In this document: positions 1 through 25,976 of the stretch, piece by piece | How positions within the stretch are numbered: position 1 is the stretch's first letter | How the letters are laid out: each line of letters opens with the position of its first letter | From: Phoronis australis | Lineage: Eukaryota > Animalia > Phoronida | Assembly (NCBI GenBank): GCA_002633005.1 | Contig: NMRA01000488.1 | Span: 57,860-92,624, forward strand | Length of the DNA: 34,765 nucleotides | Reading direction: 5' to 3' | Notes under the pieces: model-generated | Seen by the model: the letters and a program-made list of their open reading frames with translations, nothing else | What the model was told of the DNA's origin: nothing | Database searches by the model: none | Program-made: the position numbers and the translations under genes

Positions 1-948
1 AATGTTAATTTACCTCCTTAAATATGTCTACACATTTTTCATTCCGCTCGGCAGCGAACTACACGACTACACCCATCTGGAATACTCTGAGCCCGTCACA
101 CTGCATACTTATCTACTGATATGTATGCAATGTTACGGTGGCCCAGGGTAATGGTCACTTGTACACATACTTGTCTCGTGTTGCATTGGATGTAGCCCAA
201 GCCAACTTGTATGAATGCATGAGTCACATGTGTTCTTGGTGTATTGGCAAGGTGTCTATAAGGTGTCCAGTGACTTTGAATGGAGTCTATGTTTCCTGAA
301 AACTTGAAATTTAAGTGTTAGACTGTCGATGCCTTTCCTGAACTTGGAAGTGCTTAAATCTGAAACTCAATTTGAAAAATACTTGAACATCAGACTTTGA
401 TTGTGGAATGTATTTTAATTTCAAAAATGGCCTTGTAAGTGCTGTAAAATTATCAAGGATAAGATCATGTTACATACTGATCTGTCACCAGGTAGTTTCG
501 GGCAGCTAATTTTCACCCGTGCAGACAAGAATCGTTTTGGTTTGAGATTGACTGGTTTGGTAGTCATGGATTGTCCGAAATTTGTAATCTTGTTTGTGCG
601 TTTTCTTTCGACTGTATTCCCAATGCAGTAACATATCACCAGTTTATGACCAAGAAGTGAAATTTTATTTTCTCTTTTTCCGTGGAAGATATGTAGTGCT
701 TGCTATCAAATTAATGAGTTTCCATGTTCAAGTTATGAGTCATGGCTGCCAATGTTTTGGGAAATTGTGGACATTTACGACAATTTTGGAAGACCTTGAA
801 TAATGAAAACGGCAATTTTAGCGAGTATTTTTGTCCAAATTTGGAGAGATTTTACCATGCAGTGAACGCATATCTCATGTCATGTCTGCGATGTATGTAT
901 TCATTCATGCTGAAGCCATATCATGACTGACTTGTATTCCTCTTTCAG

Positions 949-1050
949 AGGTCATGGAACGTATATGGATAATGACTGCTTGAAGGCCTCTGTGGCCGGC
1001 GTAGTTGACCGGGTCAACAAGTTGGTCAGCGTCACACCTTTAAAGACGAG
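949..1050 (+). CDS. EXOSC2: EXOSC2 coding exon (GHGTY...PLKTR)
   Basis: tctttcag acceptor and AG|gtaggc donor; encodes the RRP4 N-terminal GHGTY/ASVAGVVDRVNKLVSV segment. Confidence 0.93.
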
Positions 1051-4000
1051 GTAGGCCTTGTTTCAACATTACATCTCTTTGTCCTAAATTTGTTGTGATT
1101 GTACAATATGCATTGGTCGACAAAGGATTTTTCCAGAGCTGCTGGCAATAGTCAGATATAACATGCCTGTATTTTGAGAACCAATTTGATGCCTGTTATT
1201 CAGTGGAGAAAACTGGTTCTAAAATTTGGGCACTTTATATCCGACCATTACCGAGCTGCATTACGTAGACCCTTTGTAGCCTTGCATGTATTCGCTCAAG
1301 GCGGTGCTAGTGGTCCCAATCTACCCTTCCATCACTCACTAATGTAATGACACTGTGTGCAATGGAGGAATGCTGTGCAAGGAAAAAAGTATTCTGAAAA
1401 ATTGGATTTGGACTTGGAGTATGGGGTGGCATATGAAACATCACCACTGAATAAGTACTGTATCTTCTTTTTATCTGCTTTTAATATACAAAAATACAAA
1501 AAGCTTGTAAAGGTAAAGATTATGATGTATTTGTGAAATGACTTTTAGCTGTATGTTTCCAACTTTATGTCTATGTAAGTGACCATATTTCAATATGATT
1601 TGCAATAATATTTTTTTAAATTTTGTTATATGGATTAGCCTTTCTTCTCATTTGGTAATGGTAATCAATAAAATGGAAGCGAGCTTTTACTAGTTAAAAC
1701 TGTTAGTCAGTATATTGTTAATTTGTTTCTCTCTTACTTAAGTCTAGTCTTTCCAGGTATAACGGTGAAGTGGGCGACATTGTGATTGGCCGGATCCTGG
1801 AAGTAGGTCAGAAGCGTTGGCGCGTGGAGACCAACTCGAGGCTCAATTCTGTTTTAATGTTGTCTTCGGTCAATTTGCCTGGTGGAGAACTGGTTAGTTC
1901 AATTACCAAATAGTTTCTTATGGATGTTTCCATGATTAGACTACTAAGTTCTCATACCACATCCAAAGGTTTACGCAAGGCTTGGAATTTTCCTCGGAAA
2001 CGCGGATTTCCGCTTTTTTCAAATGTTCTGTCCGCGTATTTTATTATATTTCCGCGTAAAAAAACGAATTTGATATAAAATTTCCGCGACAAAGTCCTTT
2101 CTTACCGCGGCGTTGCCGACGACTTTCACCTCGAAAAGTGGAAGTTACTGTTGCTCTTTATGTTTCGGAGGAACGTAAATTGTCAACATTGCCGGGGCAT
2201 CTGGGATAGCGTGGTTGATTTTTCAAGGGCGACTCGTGTGTGATTGTAAACCGCGGTGACAAATACTAAGACTCTGCAGCCAAAAATGCGTGGTGTTGGG
2301 AGTGGACGTACGAGCTAAAAAAACGCAGACGCACGCTTCTGGAGAAGGTACCGTTTTTTTTTCTTAGTCCTCCCGATTTTTGTGGTGTGCAACAAAAGGT
2401 CTCGAGGCTGGGGAGCGCGCTTCGGGCCGTAAAAGTTTCAGCGTTTTCCGTCATCGGTCATTCCAAGCCCTGTTTACATTAAGAACTGGCAAAAGTCTTT
2501 GTAGGCCTTGGTGTTGGCTCTACGTTCTTCTTCGGTATAGGTGGTGCTGTCTAAAGCAGCATTGGAGAATTTGTATCCTTCATCCTGATTCAGTGTACAC
2601 TCATTTTTTCTGATACAGATGGACTCCATTATCCTCCTGAGATTGGTGTTATTTTTGTTAGCTAGAATGTTAAGGAACAGGGAATGTATAAACTATACCG
2701 CTATAGCCCTCCTTATCACGCTTGTCCTTGGGCTGCACTAATAAATTCTGTAATGTGGTTTGGGGTTTTGAATTTACTAAAGATACGTTTAAGAAACTCG
2801 GCCCTGGAGTTCTGCACCTTCTGTCGGAAGAGGGTCTGGGGAGGGGATCAATGCACCAGCATACCCCCAATGATTCTGTCTGTGACAGGTATTATTACAG
2901 GTGTTATTATTATCCCTTGTGGGGGTTAATAAACTACTTTACTTTTACTTTGCATAAAACATTGTTTTCCAGCGTAGGAGATCTGAAGAAGACGAGAGAA
3001 TGATGCGAAGCTATTTACAAGAAGGGGACTTGATAAGTGTATCCTTTTAACAAGAATAAGTGAAATGTCCCCCGAGGGACATAAAAAAGTGTTGTGTATT
3101 GAAGAAGTGACGAGACGGTTCACTTGAAGCATGATGCGCGATTGATTTGAGTTGACTCATGTGTAAGAGTTGTTAGTTTCTCGACATCTATAACAACCAA
3201 AGTCTACGTAAAAGTTCATGGTAACCCAATGAGGTTGCATCAAACATCCTCATAGAAGTCTTTGCTGCTCTGAAAACATGAAAGTTATACTTCTGCTTGA
3301 ACCAGTTTCAAATTCTGGTCAAGTTGAGAAGGATGAATCAGAATTTTTTAGTCACGGGACATTTTTTAACTCCAATGTGTGAATCATTTGATCATTACAC
3401 CTAGTTGCATAATGGATTTGGTGGGCGCTTAAAACGCTATAAAACAACAAAACTTGAAATTTCCATCCTAGTCACATGTGGTGGTACTGAACCTTTTATC
3501 CTCAGAATGCTCTGTCACTGACCAGACACAACTTGGGTAAAATCTCCTAAATTTTGGGCAAAAATAATTGTCTCTGTTCCATTTTCTCAGGGTCTTTTTA
3601 TCATTGCTGTGAATGCCCATATTTTAGTCTAGTTATTGTCAGATGGTAATATTTTACAGAACTTGAAAAAATGGTTGGGCAGTTACTTTTTGATGCATAT
3701 CTTTTAATATGAAAAAATTTGAGAATAAAATTTCATTGTCCATTGCTTCCTAAGTTGATGAGATTTTCCATATTTTAATGTCGCCATCATATTGAAAAAT
3801 GACAAGTGTTTCTATAATTCTTCTTGATTACATTTTTCCTCAAACATTGCGATCAGGCAGAGGTTCAACAAGTGTTCTCAGATGGATCTTTGTCTTTACA
3901 CACCAGAAGTTTGAAATACGGAAAGGTAATTGTCAACTAGTTGATTGTCTTTTTTTCATTTGACAATCAAGCATTTTGTTTGTGCCTAAGTTGGGAAATA

Positions 4001-6759
4001 CAATTTCAAGATAACCCCCATTTTCAAGAATTAGAGAATGATTTATGGTTTCTAGTTTCTGTTTGCTTCTATTGTACAAGACGAAAAGGGGCAAGAATAT
4101 GAATTCCCTTTCACCATGTTATCAAAGCATACATCTTACTAATTCTTTCTGAATTTTGTTTCTAAACGCAAATTAGTTAATTTTGGTTTCATTGTTGTTT
4201 GTCATTTTCCTGTGTGTAACTCCTTATTACCAGACGGGATATTTATACATCCTACATATACTTGAAATTGAAGTTTCCATTTTCAACTGTCGTCAGATGG
4301 ACATGCAGTGAGACCGTTATGACATTAGGGAGAACCTGTTTTGTATTAGTACGAATTTTATACTGTTTTTGTTAAGCTGGCTCAGGGAACCTTGGTGCAG
4401 GTGTCACCCTCTCTTGTTAAGCGGAGAAAGACTCACTTTCACAACTTGCCGTGTGGCGCTAGTGTCATCTTGGGAAACAATGGCTATCTATGGATATGTC
4501 CGACGATAAACGAAGACACGGATAACACTGGTGGTTTTATTCAAAATTTAGAGGTAATTGCTTTTTATGATCATGTCTTATTACTAATTGTTAGAAGAGG
4601 AAAATGTTTGTCAACTTTAATTTATCTATTGCTCATACTGTAATTAGAGAGTCACTGATTCCATGGTTTCATAAATCTGTTGTAGGAAATCTTAAATTCC
4701 GTACCTTACTTGCCATACAGAAATTAGAAAGAGAACACTGTCTTATTCAGAAAGAAAGTGTAGATACTTTTAGTAAATGTTTTGTTTGCAAGGTGACCGT
4801 TAACTGGGTTGGACCTAGTTGGGTTCAAGTGGCAAAATTTGACGACAAGTCAGTTTCGCTGCATCAAGTCACCATGTTTTATTTTTTAGCCTGTGAATCG
4901 TGTTGACCGAGAAGTTATTGCACGCCTCAGAAACTCTATAGTTGCATTAGCGCAACAGAAAATGATGCTCTTCGACACAAGCATTTTGTACACCTATGAA
5001 GCGTCGCTCAAACACAGTGTAAGTGCAGTTTAAGGTTATGTTGAACCCTAGAAAAGAGTCATATTTGGTCAACTTCGGAACATTATATCTAAAAAAATGG
5101 TTACATGACCTAATTAATGGTATATTGGTAAAAAGTCAACATCAAATTCTACAGAATTTCGACTTTCGGAAAATGTGTTGTTTTGCAGAGTTAAATCTGT
5201 AGTTTTGGCTTTGTTTGGTTGAATACACACTGTTGATAAGGTCCTTCATAATCTTTATGATGTATTTGCACGCTCTACACTATGCTGATGTATAGCGGGA
5301 ACTAAACAGCAATGTTATTTTTACATAGTCAGCTATAAACAAAGTGCAAGTTGTATTCATTGAGAATTTGTAAACGTGAAAACAAAAAAAATTGCAAATA
5401 GGTAGGTGACCTTCGCACTAATCACATAACTCGCGGGCTCACTTATTCCCTGTCATGCAGTGTTATTCACCGCAGAACTCGGATCTTAAAAAGATTTTGC
5501 CATTTTCAGGCTACTTCAGATTCCATCGTCGCTGTATGTTGTGTTTCTAACTAACTTGGCCACTTAATCACAGAGATAAGTTTGCCGTAATTTCCACTTA
5601 AAAGCAGCTGTAGGTTTGTTAAGTTAGTACGTAAATTACCTTGTGTTTCTAAGCAACCATTGGTATTCTATTACACTTAAGGTATTTGCGAGGCCTTTTG
5701 GATTTAGTGAAGCTACAACTTTTTCCATCATCAACAACTGTTTGTGTTTTTGTTAATCTGTACTAATCTTGACTTGTAAAAAATAAGAAATTGCGGTGGG
5801 GCCAAACAGAAAGCTGGTTCTGAGCTCTACTCCATCTCATTTTGAGATCTGCGCTCACCAGACTAAAAAACATCCTCCCGCATCAGTTTTACCCAAGGTT
5901 TCGTGTTTTTTGAAAAGCTGTGTAAAATAGGTTAAGCGAAGTTTGAAAACCGTGATTCGTCAAGTGATAAACAAGAAATCCCACAGCNTTATGATGTATT
6001 TGCATGCTCTACACTATGCTGATGTAAGGTCCTTCATAATGTTTATGATGTATTTGCACGCTCTACACTATGCTGATGTATAGCAGGAACTAAACAGCCA
6101 AATTCCATCGTCGCTGTATATTGTGTTTCTAACTAATTAAGCCATGCAATCACAGAGATGAGCTTGTCGTAATTTCCACTTAAAAGCAGCTGTAGATTTG
6201 TTAAGTTACGTAAATTACCTTGTGTTTCTAAGCAACCATTGGTATTCTATTACACTTAAGGTATTTGCGAGGCCTTTCGGATTTAGTGAAGCTACAACTT
6301 TTTCCATCATCAACAACTGTTTGTGTTTTTGTTAATCTGTACTAATCTTGACTTGTAAAAAATAAGAAATTGCGGTGGGGCCAAACAGAAAGCTGGTTCT
6401 GAGCTCTACTCCATCTCATTTTGAGATCTGCGCTCACCAGACTAAAAAACATCCTCCCGCATCAGTTTTACCCAAGGTTTCGTGTTTTTTGAAAAGCTGT
6501 GTAAAATAGGTTAAGCGAAGTTTGAATACCGTGATTCGTCAAGTGATAAACAAGAAATCCCACAGCTTGCCACCGACTCAGTTTTCAAAAGAAGAATGGA
6601 GACCAGAACCAGTTACACTTGTTTGGCCTAAAATTGCATAGTACTGTATATGGTAGAACCAGATGTCCTGTATTTCCTCAGGTTGGTGAATTAATCTTAC
6701 CAAGCATTGCAAAAGAAGTAACAAGTTTAGCAAGGCAAAGATTAGAAACAGAGGGATAG
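949..6759 (+). CDS. EXOSC2: Exosome complex component RRP4 (EXOSC2), 5'-partial spliced gene; exons 949-1050, 1757-1892, 2973-3038, 3857-3925, 4377-4553, 4890-5018, 6682-6759
   Basis: The spliced translation (R)GHGTYMDNDCLKASVAGVVDRVNKLVSVTPLKTRYNGEVGDIVIGRILEVGQKRWRVETNSRLNSVLMLSSVNLPGGELRRRSEEDERMMRSYLQEGDLISAEVQQVFSDGSLSLHTRSLKYGKLAQGTLVQVSPSLVKRRKTHFHNLPCGASVILGNNGYLWI...RQRLETEG* is colinear with RRP4 as I recall it (S1 + KH domains). All introns are GT-AG and keep the frame. Confidence 0.97.
1757..1892 (+). CDS. EXOSC2: EXOSC2 coding exon (YNGEVGDIVIGRI...LPGGEL), S1 domain
   Basis: ctttccag acceptor and CTG|gttagt donor; 136 nt, phase matches the previous exon. Confidence 0.95.
1976..2472. 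mobile_element. Non-autonomous hAT-like DNA transposon (~497 bp) in an EXOSC2 intron
   Basis: TIRs CAAGGCTTGGAAT ... ATTCCAAGCCCTG (12/13 match); flanks TTTACG/TTTACA suggest a 6-bp TSD; CpG-rich interior with repeated subterminal TCCGCG motifs. Confidence 0.75.
2973..3038 (+). CDS. EXOSC2: EXOSC2 coding exon (RRRSEEDERMMRSYLQEGDLIS)
   Basis: ttttccag acceptor; 22 codons; followed by the GTATCCTTTT U12-type donor. Confidence 0.95.
3039..3856 (+). other. U12-type (minor spliceosome) GT-AG intron in EXOSC2
   Basis: 5' splice site GTATCCTTTT; branch-like TTTTTCCTCAAAC (3833-3845) about 12 nt before the AG; no polypyrimidine tract between them (attgcgatcag). Confidence 0.9.
3857..3925 (+). CDS. 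EXOSC2: EXOSC2 coding exon (AEVQQVFSDGSLSLHTRSLKYGK)
   Basis: 23 codons; AAG|gtaatt donor; conserved RRP4 motif. Confidence 0.95.
4377..4553 (+). CDS. EXOSC2: EXOSC2 coding exon (LAQGTLVQV...GNNGYLWI...QNLE), KH domain
   Basis: Overlaps ORF 4392..4643; contains the GxNG motif of RRP4/RRP40; tttttgttaag acceptor and GAG|gtaatt donor. Confidence 0.95.
4890..5018 (+). CDS. EXOSC2: EXOSC2 coding exon (PVNRVDREVIARLRNSI...YEASLKHS)
   Basis: ttttttag acceptor and AGT|gtaagt donor; 43 codons. Confidence 0.94.
5237..6566. repeat. Near-identical tandem duplication (5237-5987 vs 5989-6566) joined at a single N (5988)
   Basis: Both copies end ...gaaatcccacagc. They differ by a few SNPs and a ~208-bp segment (about 5311-5518) present only in copy 1. 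Confidence 0.9.
6682..6759 (+). CDS. EXOSC2: EXOSC2 last coding exon (VGELILPSIAKEVTSLARQRLETEG*)
   Basis: tatttcctcag acceptor; ends RQRLETEG-TAG, resembling the vertebrate RQRLLEQEG terminus. Confidence 0.9.
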   Translation, partial: VGELILPSIAKEVTSLARQRLETEG

Positions 6760-7182
6760 CGAAGGATGGATAGAAAATAACAGTCGTGCAAAGGCTGAGG
6801 ACTTGGGGATCGTTATTTTTTAGGCCAACTGAATCAAGAGCAAGATTTCATTGGAGATTATTGGAGATTAGATGTGAGAATAGGTGTCAGTGTAATTCCA
6901 GTGCGTTACAGCATCTGCTCTTTTGCTCTGTGTGCTGTTAGGTGGAAGTTTCTGGTGTTTTTTCCGCACATCGCACATGTGCACACTCAGGCTCGTGCAA
7001 CTTCATGTGAAGCTGTGCATGTATTCAAAATTAGACACATACGACTATTATGTGATGTGCTCAAAAAGCAATTTTCTTAACGTATGATGGGAGTGATTCT
7101 TGACCTATATGCTACGAAGTAGCAGACGTTGACATAAATTCAATTTTATGCCAACAATGAAGTGGAAGGTTCTAAGAATGGA

Positions 7183-7188
7183 AATAAA
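7183..7188 (+). promoter_or_regulatory. Candidate EXOSC2 polyadenylation signal AATAAA
   Basis: Canonical hexamer about 420 nt after the stop codon; motif evidence only. Confidence 0.4.
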
Positions 7189-8978
7189 CAAATGATTTCT
7201 AGTTTAAAACGTGCACGTATGCAATTAATGCCTAGCTACCAGTGACTATATGCAAAATTCCTTTGTAAAAGTTCTTTGGACTATTGTATACCCAGGTATA
7301 CGGAAAATATCTTCTGAGCATGGTAAGCGGTAATGCTGTGTAAGGGAATCCTGTAAGGCTTTTATCTTAAAGTACCCATTTTCTTGTAATTTTTGTATTT
7401 TTTACGTAGCGTCCTGTATTTTGAGGTGGCAGTGAAATGCGTTTCACAATGCGTTGTGTTAACAAAGTGTGTCAGTTTCCTTGGTCTGACGGGCATTTCA
7501 CCAAACTGCTTAGAACCATTCTAACATGATTAATTTGTATTAAAGCAATTGATTCAAACATGAAATAAGGACTGAAAAGTAGTTCAGTGGCCAGGCTGAC
7601 TAATTCTGTGGTGCGTCAGCTAAATCCAATGGCCTGAACAAAATGCAAGGCAATTCCTAACACATGTTTAAAGCCTCACTCTGAACACTCCAATGCCCTC
7701 TATTGACAGATGTAATGAATGTTTAGGGTTTTTCCATATTTTCTTCCATATCACTGCGAGAATCAACTACGAAGAGCACCTTCACCTGTTGATTTTCAGT
7801 TCTGACCCCCTGTTCAGTACAATATGCTTTTGTTATTTGTGATGCAGTATGGCACAATAGGCATCATAACTTATCATTTGATGTGTCTATTGTCTATATT
7901 TGCCCAATACAAATGTTTTGGTATGTTGCTGAAGCAATGCAAGTCCAATACATCTAACGTAACAACATCAAATCTGGAGGGTAGATCCCAAACCACAGTG
8001 AATGGAACCTCAAAATTCAGTAACTAGACCTTGTAAAAAGTAGCAATAGATAAAGTGACATTTCTATACCAGGACTCGACTAACTGGCCATAGCATTGAG
8101 GAGTGCAGATGCTAAAAAGACTATCGATTTTGTGGTGTGTTGTATCCTACACATGTATATTTATTCTATATTCTATTTTTCCTGTAATTAGTGATCTTAA
8201 AGCTGCATTTCCCATTTCTTGTAACTAATTGGACATTAAAAATTCACAGATTTGTAACATTTCCTACTATTTTGTGTTGTTTTTGGCCGTTAGTGCAATC
8301 TTTACTCACTGGTAGACCCTGAAAAAATATACAGCCACCGTGCCTTTTTTTATGAGAATGGCAACAGGAACTTCCAGTTTCAGTTCTTTATGAAGCTCAT
8401 TTTTTCTCCACACATCTCGAAACCCATGTTGTTTTTCTAACATTCATTTCAATAGCGAATAAGACGCGTTGTTTGTTCACTGGAAGTGAACGGATGTCCA
8501 AGGTGACCTAAATTCTGTAAACTGTTCTGTTCCTGTTGAAAGTCTCTTGTGTATATAGCGTATGAAAAGTATGACAGCAGCAGCACAACAAAAAGAAACG
8601 CTGTAGGTAAGCAAACCTGATATTTATTTATCAGAAAACCATGGCACATACGTTACTACTTTACTACATGAGTATTGACCCAGTTAAATATGAGTATAAT
8701 ACCTGCAACTAGATGTAATAACAGCTCGGGTTACTGGAGAAATCCACAATACAGGGATAACTTGAGCATAAATTATGTTGATTTACTTTGCATGAGATGT
8801 ACTCTAGAACTGTACGTTTCGCAGACCCTGTCTTGGGTAAAACTTTGAACATGAGGCAGAGTAAAGCCAATATTGCTTTTCGTTGTACACGAGTCAAAAC
8901 CGCAATATTGCATCAATTCCATGAGGTAATTTAGTTACATTGTGACGTGAAATTCATCCTTATTCATAACAATGTCAA

Positions 8979-9147
8979 TTGACCTATCGCCAGGATTTTG
9001 AGCGACGGCTTAACTGACCAATTGGAACGCAGCATTCTTGAGACACCTTTGTTTCCAAGCCGCCACTTTACCTGACAATCACGTTGTCAGGTAAAATTTA
9101 TTGTTTGTTTGACCTTAGGCAAGTGGGCGAAGCTTGCAATAGGTCAA
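8979..9147. mobile_element. Short MITE-like element with internal hairpin
   Basis: Terminal inverted repeats TTGACCTATCGC / GCAATAGGTCAA (11/12); internal perfect 12-bp stem TTTACCTGACAA-tcacg-TTGTCAGGTAAA (9067-9095). Confidence 0.55.
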
Positions 9148-10172
9148 CTGAAGCATCCGAAACACTTACATAACTAAGCGCATTGTTTTCCCCAACTTGT
9201 TAAAAAGCCAAAATATATTTCCAAGTCATTAGAATTACCTGTCGTGTATCGGTAATTTAGAGTTAGAAGCATGTATTATGCAATTAACATAAACTAAACA
9301 GAACACATGATTCAGATCAGATCAGAACACTTACTGTCAGCACATAACCTCAAATTACACCATAAATAAGCAAAACCACATTAAAACCATGATTCAAGCA
9401 GGTTAATAAAATTGGCCAATAAAATCACACCGTTTTCTCCTTAAGAATAGGTCACAAGAATTAATACTCCAAACAGACCATAGAACCATTTCCATAGTTA
9501 CACTTCATACTTTTTCATCCAATGAAATTTACACTCACGTCACTGATTTATACACTACTTTCAAATATTTACTCTTTGATATGAACAAATGTAATAACAC
9601 AACATTTGAATGGAAGGCCGAAGAGTCTACACCTACTGGTCGGGGGGACATAGCAAACAACAGGTACTTTTAAGATGAAGATGTCAAAATGGTCCGATAA
9701 CTAAAAGACTGCTGGACAGTAAATTTTCGTTTCAAAGAATAATTTTTTAAATGCTGCGTAATGGTGAATACATCTCACCTAGTTTTCTGACTGTATCCAT
9801 TACTCCACAATAAACTCGACTTTTTTCCTTCACACTCCAGCCACTCTATATCTCTCCATCTTGTCTACAAGGCACCATTTTAAAGCGAATATTCAAGAAA
9901 AGGCACCAGTATTTTACTTCGATTCATAGACCACTGTTTGGTAAATGGGCTTCACGAGCTCAAGTCAAATTTTCAAGGTTTACTGCAATGTCTAAGGCCA
10001 AAATGTTTTTGATAATCTTCCTTTGGCTTCAGACAAAATGCAATTTAGCAAAATTTTATTGATGCATTATTTCAAGCAGGCAACTTCTAGATGTTCTTCC
10101 CAGACGCTGGTGTCATGGAAAGTTTCTCAGAATTGAGCCCCTCCTTACTGCCCTCTGTTGACTCTGGATGTC

Positions 10173-24157
<13,985 letters not shown>

Positions 24158-25463
24158 CTGAAAAATTAACAAAATATAGGTAAGTCAACCACGATTAATA
24201 AATGTTTTGGACAAAATAAATCCTAAAATTGACATTTTTTGATTTTTCTAAAGCTTACAGCAGAGATAGATACAAATGCTCCAAACTTTATGCCTGGTAT
24301 TGCTTGCTGATAGTTGTACCACTTAAACCACGCTAAAACAAAGTAAAACATTCTTTAGCTTACTTTTGTTCCTAAATGCTACACAATAAATATTTATCGT
24401 CTGCCATACTGTTTATCAACAGAAAACTCTTCACTATACTATCCTTCAGACAACTTCTAGCTAAGTCATGCATTAGATTTGAAGGCAAAAAGTCATCCAA
24501 CCTCAATTCCCATCCTGTTTTTTGAACCACCAACCACATGTAGTAAAAGAAACTTGACCTGTTTCATAAGAACTTTCATTCCAAAGACCTGCTCAAAAAC
24601 CACAAGCCAATCAACCCTTCAACACTTTTCCTCCTGTGTGAAGCAGAGCAACTACCACACTAGAAATGATTTCAAAGCAATAACACACTGATTGAAACAT
24701 GTCTTTGAAGTGGGAGATATAATTAGTGAGGATGTGTCAAATAAAAAAGACAAAAGACTGCCAGAACAGTTTAACGATAAAGACCGATAGTTGGATCTGG
24801 AAACCGTTATCATCTAGGGCTGACACTGATGTCATTTTCCCACAGGCCTGTGACATCTAAAATGAACGGAAACTCCAATGTCGCTACTGGAGCGGAGTCA
24901 GTAGGGGAGTCACAATAATATGGAGTTTCGTTTATCGAAAAGCAACTTTAACGAGAAATATGAAATGCTATGTCGCAATGCCTTTGAAACTTCAGTGATG
25001 CCGTACACTGACATTAGAAAGTTGAAAAGTATTCACTCTTTGCTTCATCCTAATGCCATCTAGTGACAAAGCGTAGTACGCATTGTTGCTGTTATATCGC
25101 AAAACGCCTATTGAGTGTTGTAGCGGCCAGGAGCAGACAGAATATGTGACTCAAAAAAGGAACTGCCAGGGACTCATGTGTGTGTAGACTGCTGCAAATA
25201 CTGCAAACAGCACACTAGGTTTCCAATAATCTTATCACATTTATTTCCCAAGACTCTAGCAACAGTACATTGATGAATAATAATCACACACAACCTCTTT
25301 GGTAATCTTTAATGGCTCAGGAGTTTCCAGAGGTTCCAATCCAACAATTCAATGAAATGTGCCATGCATGCTATTATACCTACTTAGAGCAAACATGAAA
25401 AATTTTTTACCAAATATATTTAGAATGATTTATTTTGTTGCTACCTTGTTTGTAGAGCCTATA

Positions 25464-25976
25464 GGACCTTTCATATTAATGTCACCACTTTGATGTTTTG
25501 GGGAGTTGCGGTCAGTATGAACGCTTAACTTCGGTCCTGGATCGATGTTAACAGCGCTAGTTAACTTCGCAGTAAACAGGTGGATTTAACAGCAGAGCGT
25601 CGATGCTGCGGTCCAGTAAGACAGATCATCTTCGGTCCCATCGAAGTTATTGCCAGGTGCCACTGATATTGTCAACAATTAAAGGGTAGTGTTGTCGCTA
25701 AGAATTGCTGATATTTTGCTTGAATAATCACCAATCGAATTAAAAATAAGTGTTATGTCAATTAGCACATGCAAATGTTCCCAAATTGTCACATTAAAAA
25801 AATCTTAGCGTGCAGCACTACCTTGCGTCTTGCAATAACTTTGATGACAACAGCGACACCTACCGTTTACTAACTTCGATGTCCATTAACTACCGAAGCC
25901 GGTATGAACGGTTTAGTTAACTTCGCAGTTTAGGTCGACGCTCCACTCAGACCGGAGTTGTCAGAATAAAACGGTC
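25464..25976. mobile_element. PIF/Harbinger-like MITE, copy 1 (inverted relative to copies 2 and 3)
   Basis: Begins GGACCTTTCATATT; its interior is the reverse complement of 27603-28055 and 33276-33785; followed by TTA. Confidence 0.8.

Noticed and set aside
421-930. Short ORFs 421..639, 594..803 and 742..930, and the many other 60-120 aa ORFs in introns
   Set aside because: No recognisable motifs, mostly non-ATG starts, and they lie in introns of the spliced genes; consistent with chance ORFs.
3131-3200. Intronic snoRNA candidate starting ATGATG in the U12 intron
   Set aside because: Imperfect C box, and no D box with a terminal stem at a suitable distance.
3534-3570. Short similarity to 11925-11960 (gggtaaaa..t.ct.aattt.gg.caaaaataattg)
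   Set aside because: Probably a fragment of an old dispersed repeat; too short to define boundaries or family.
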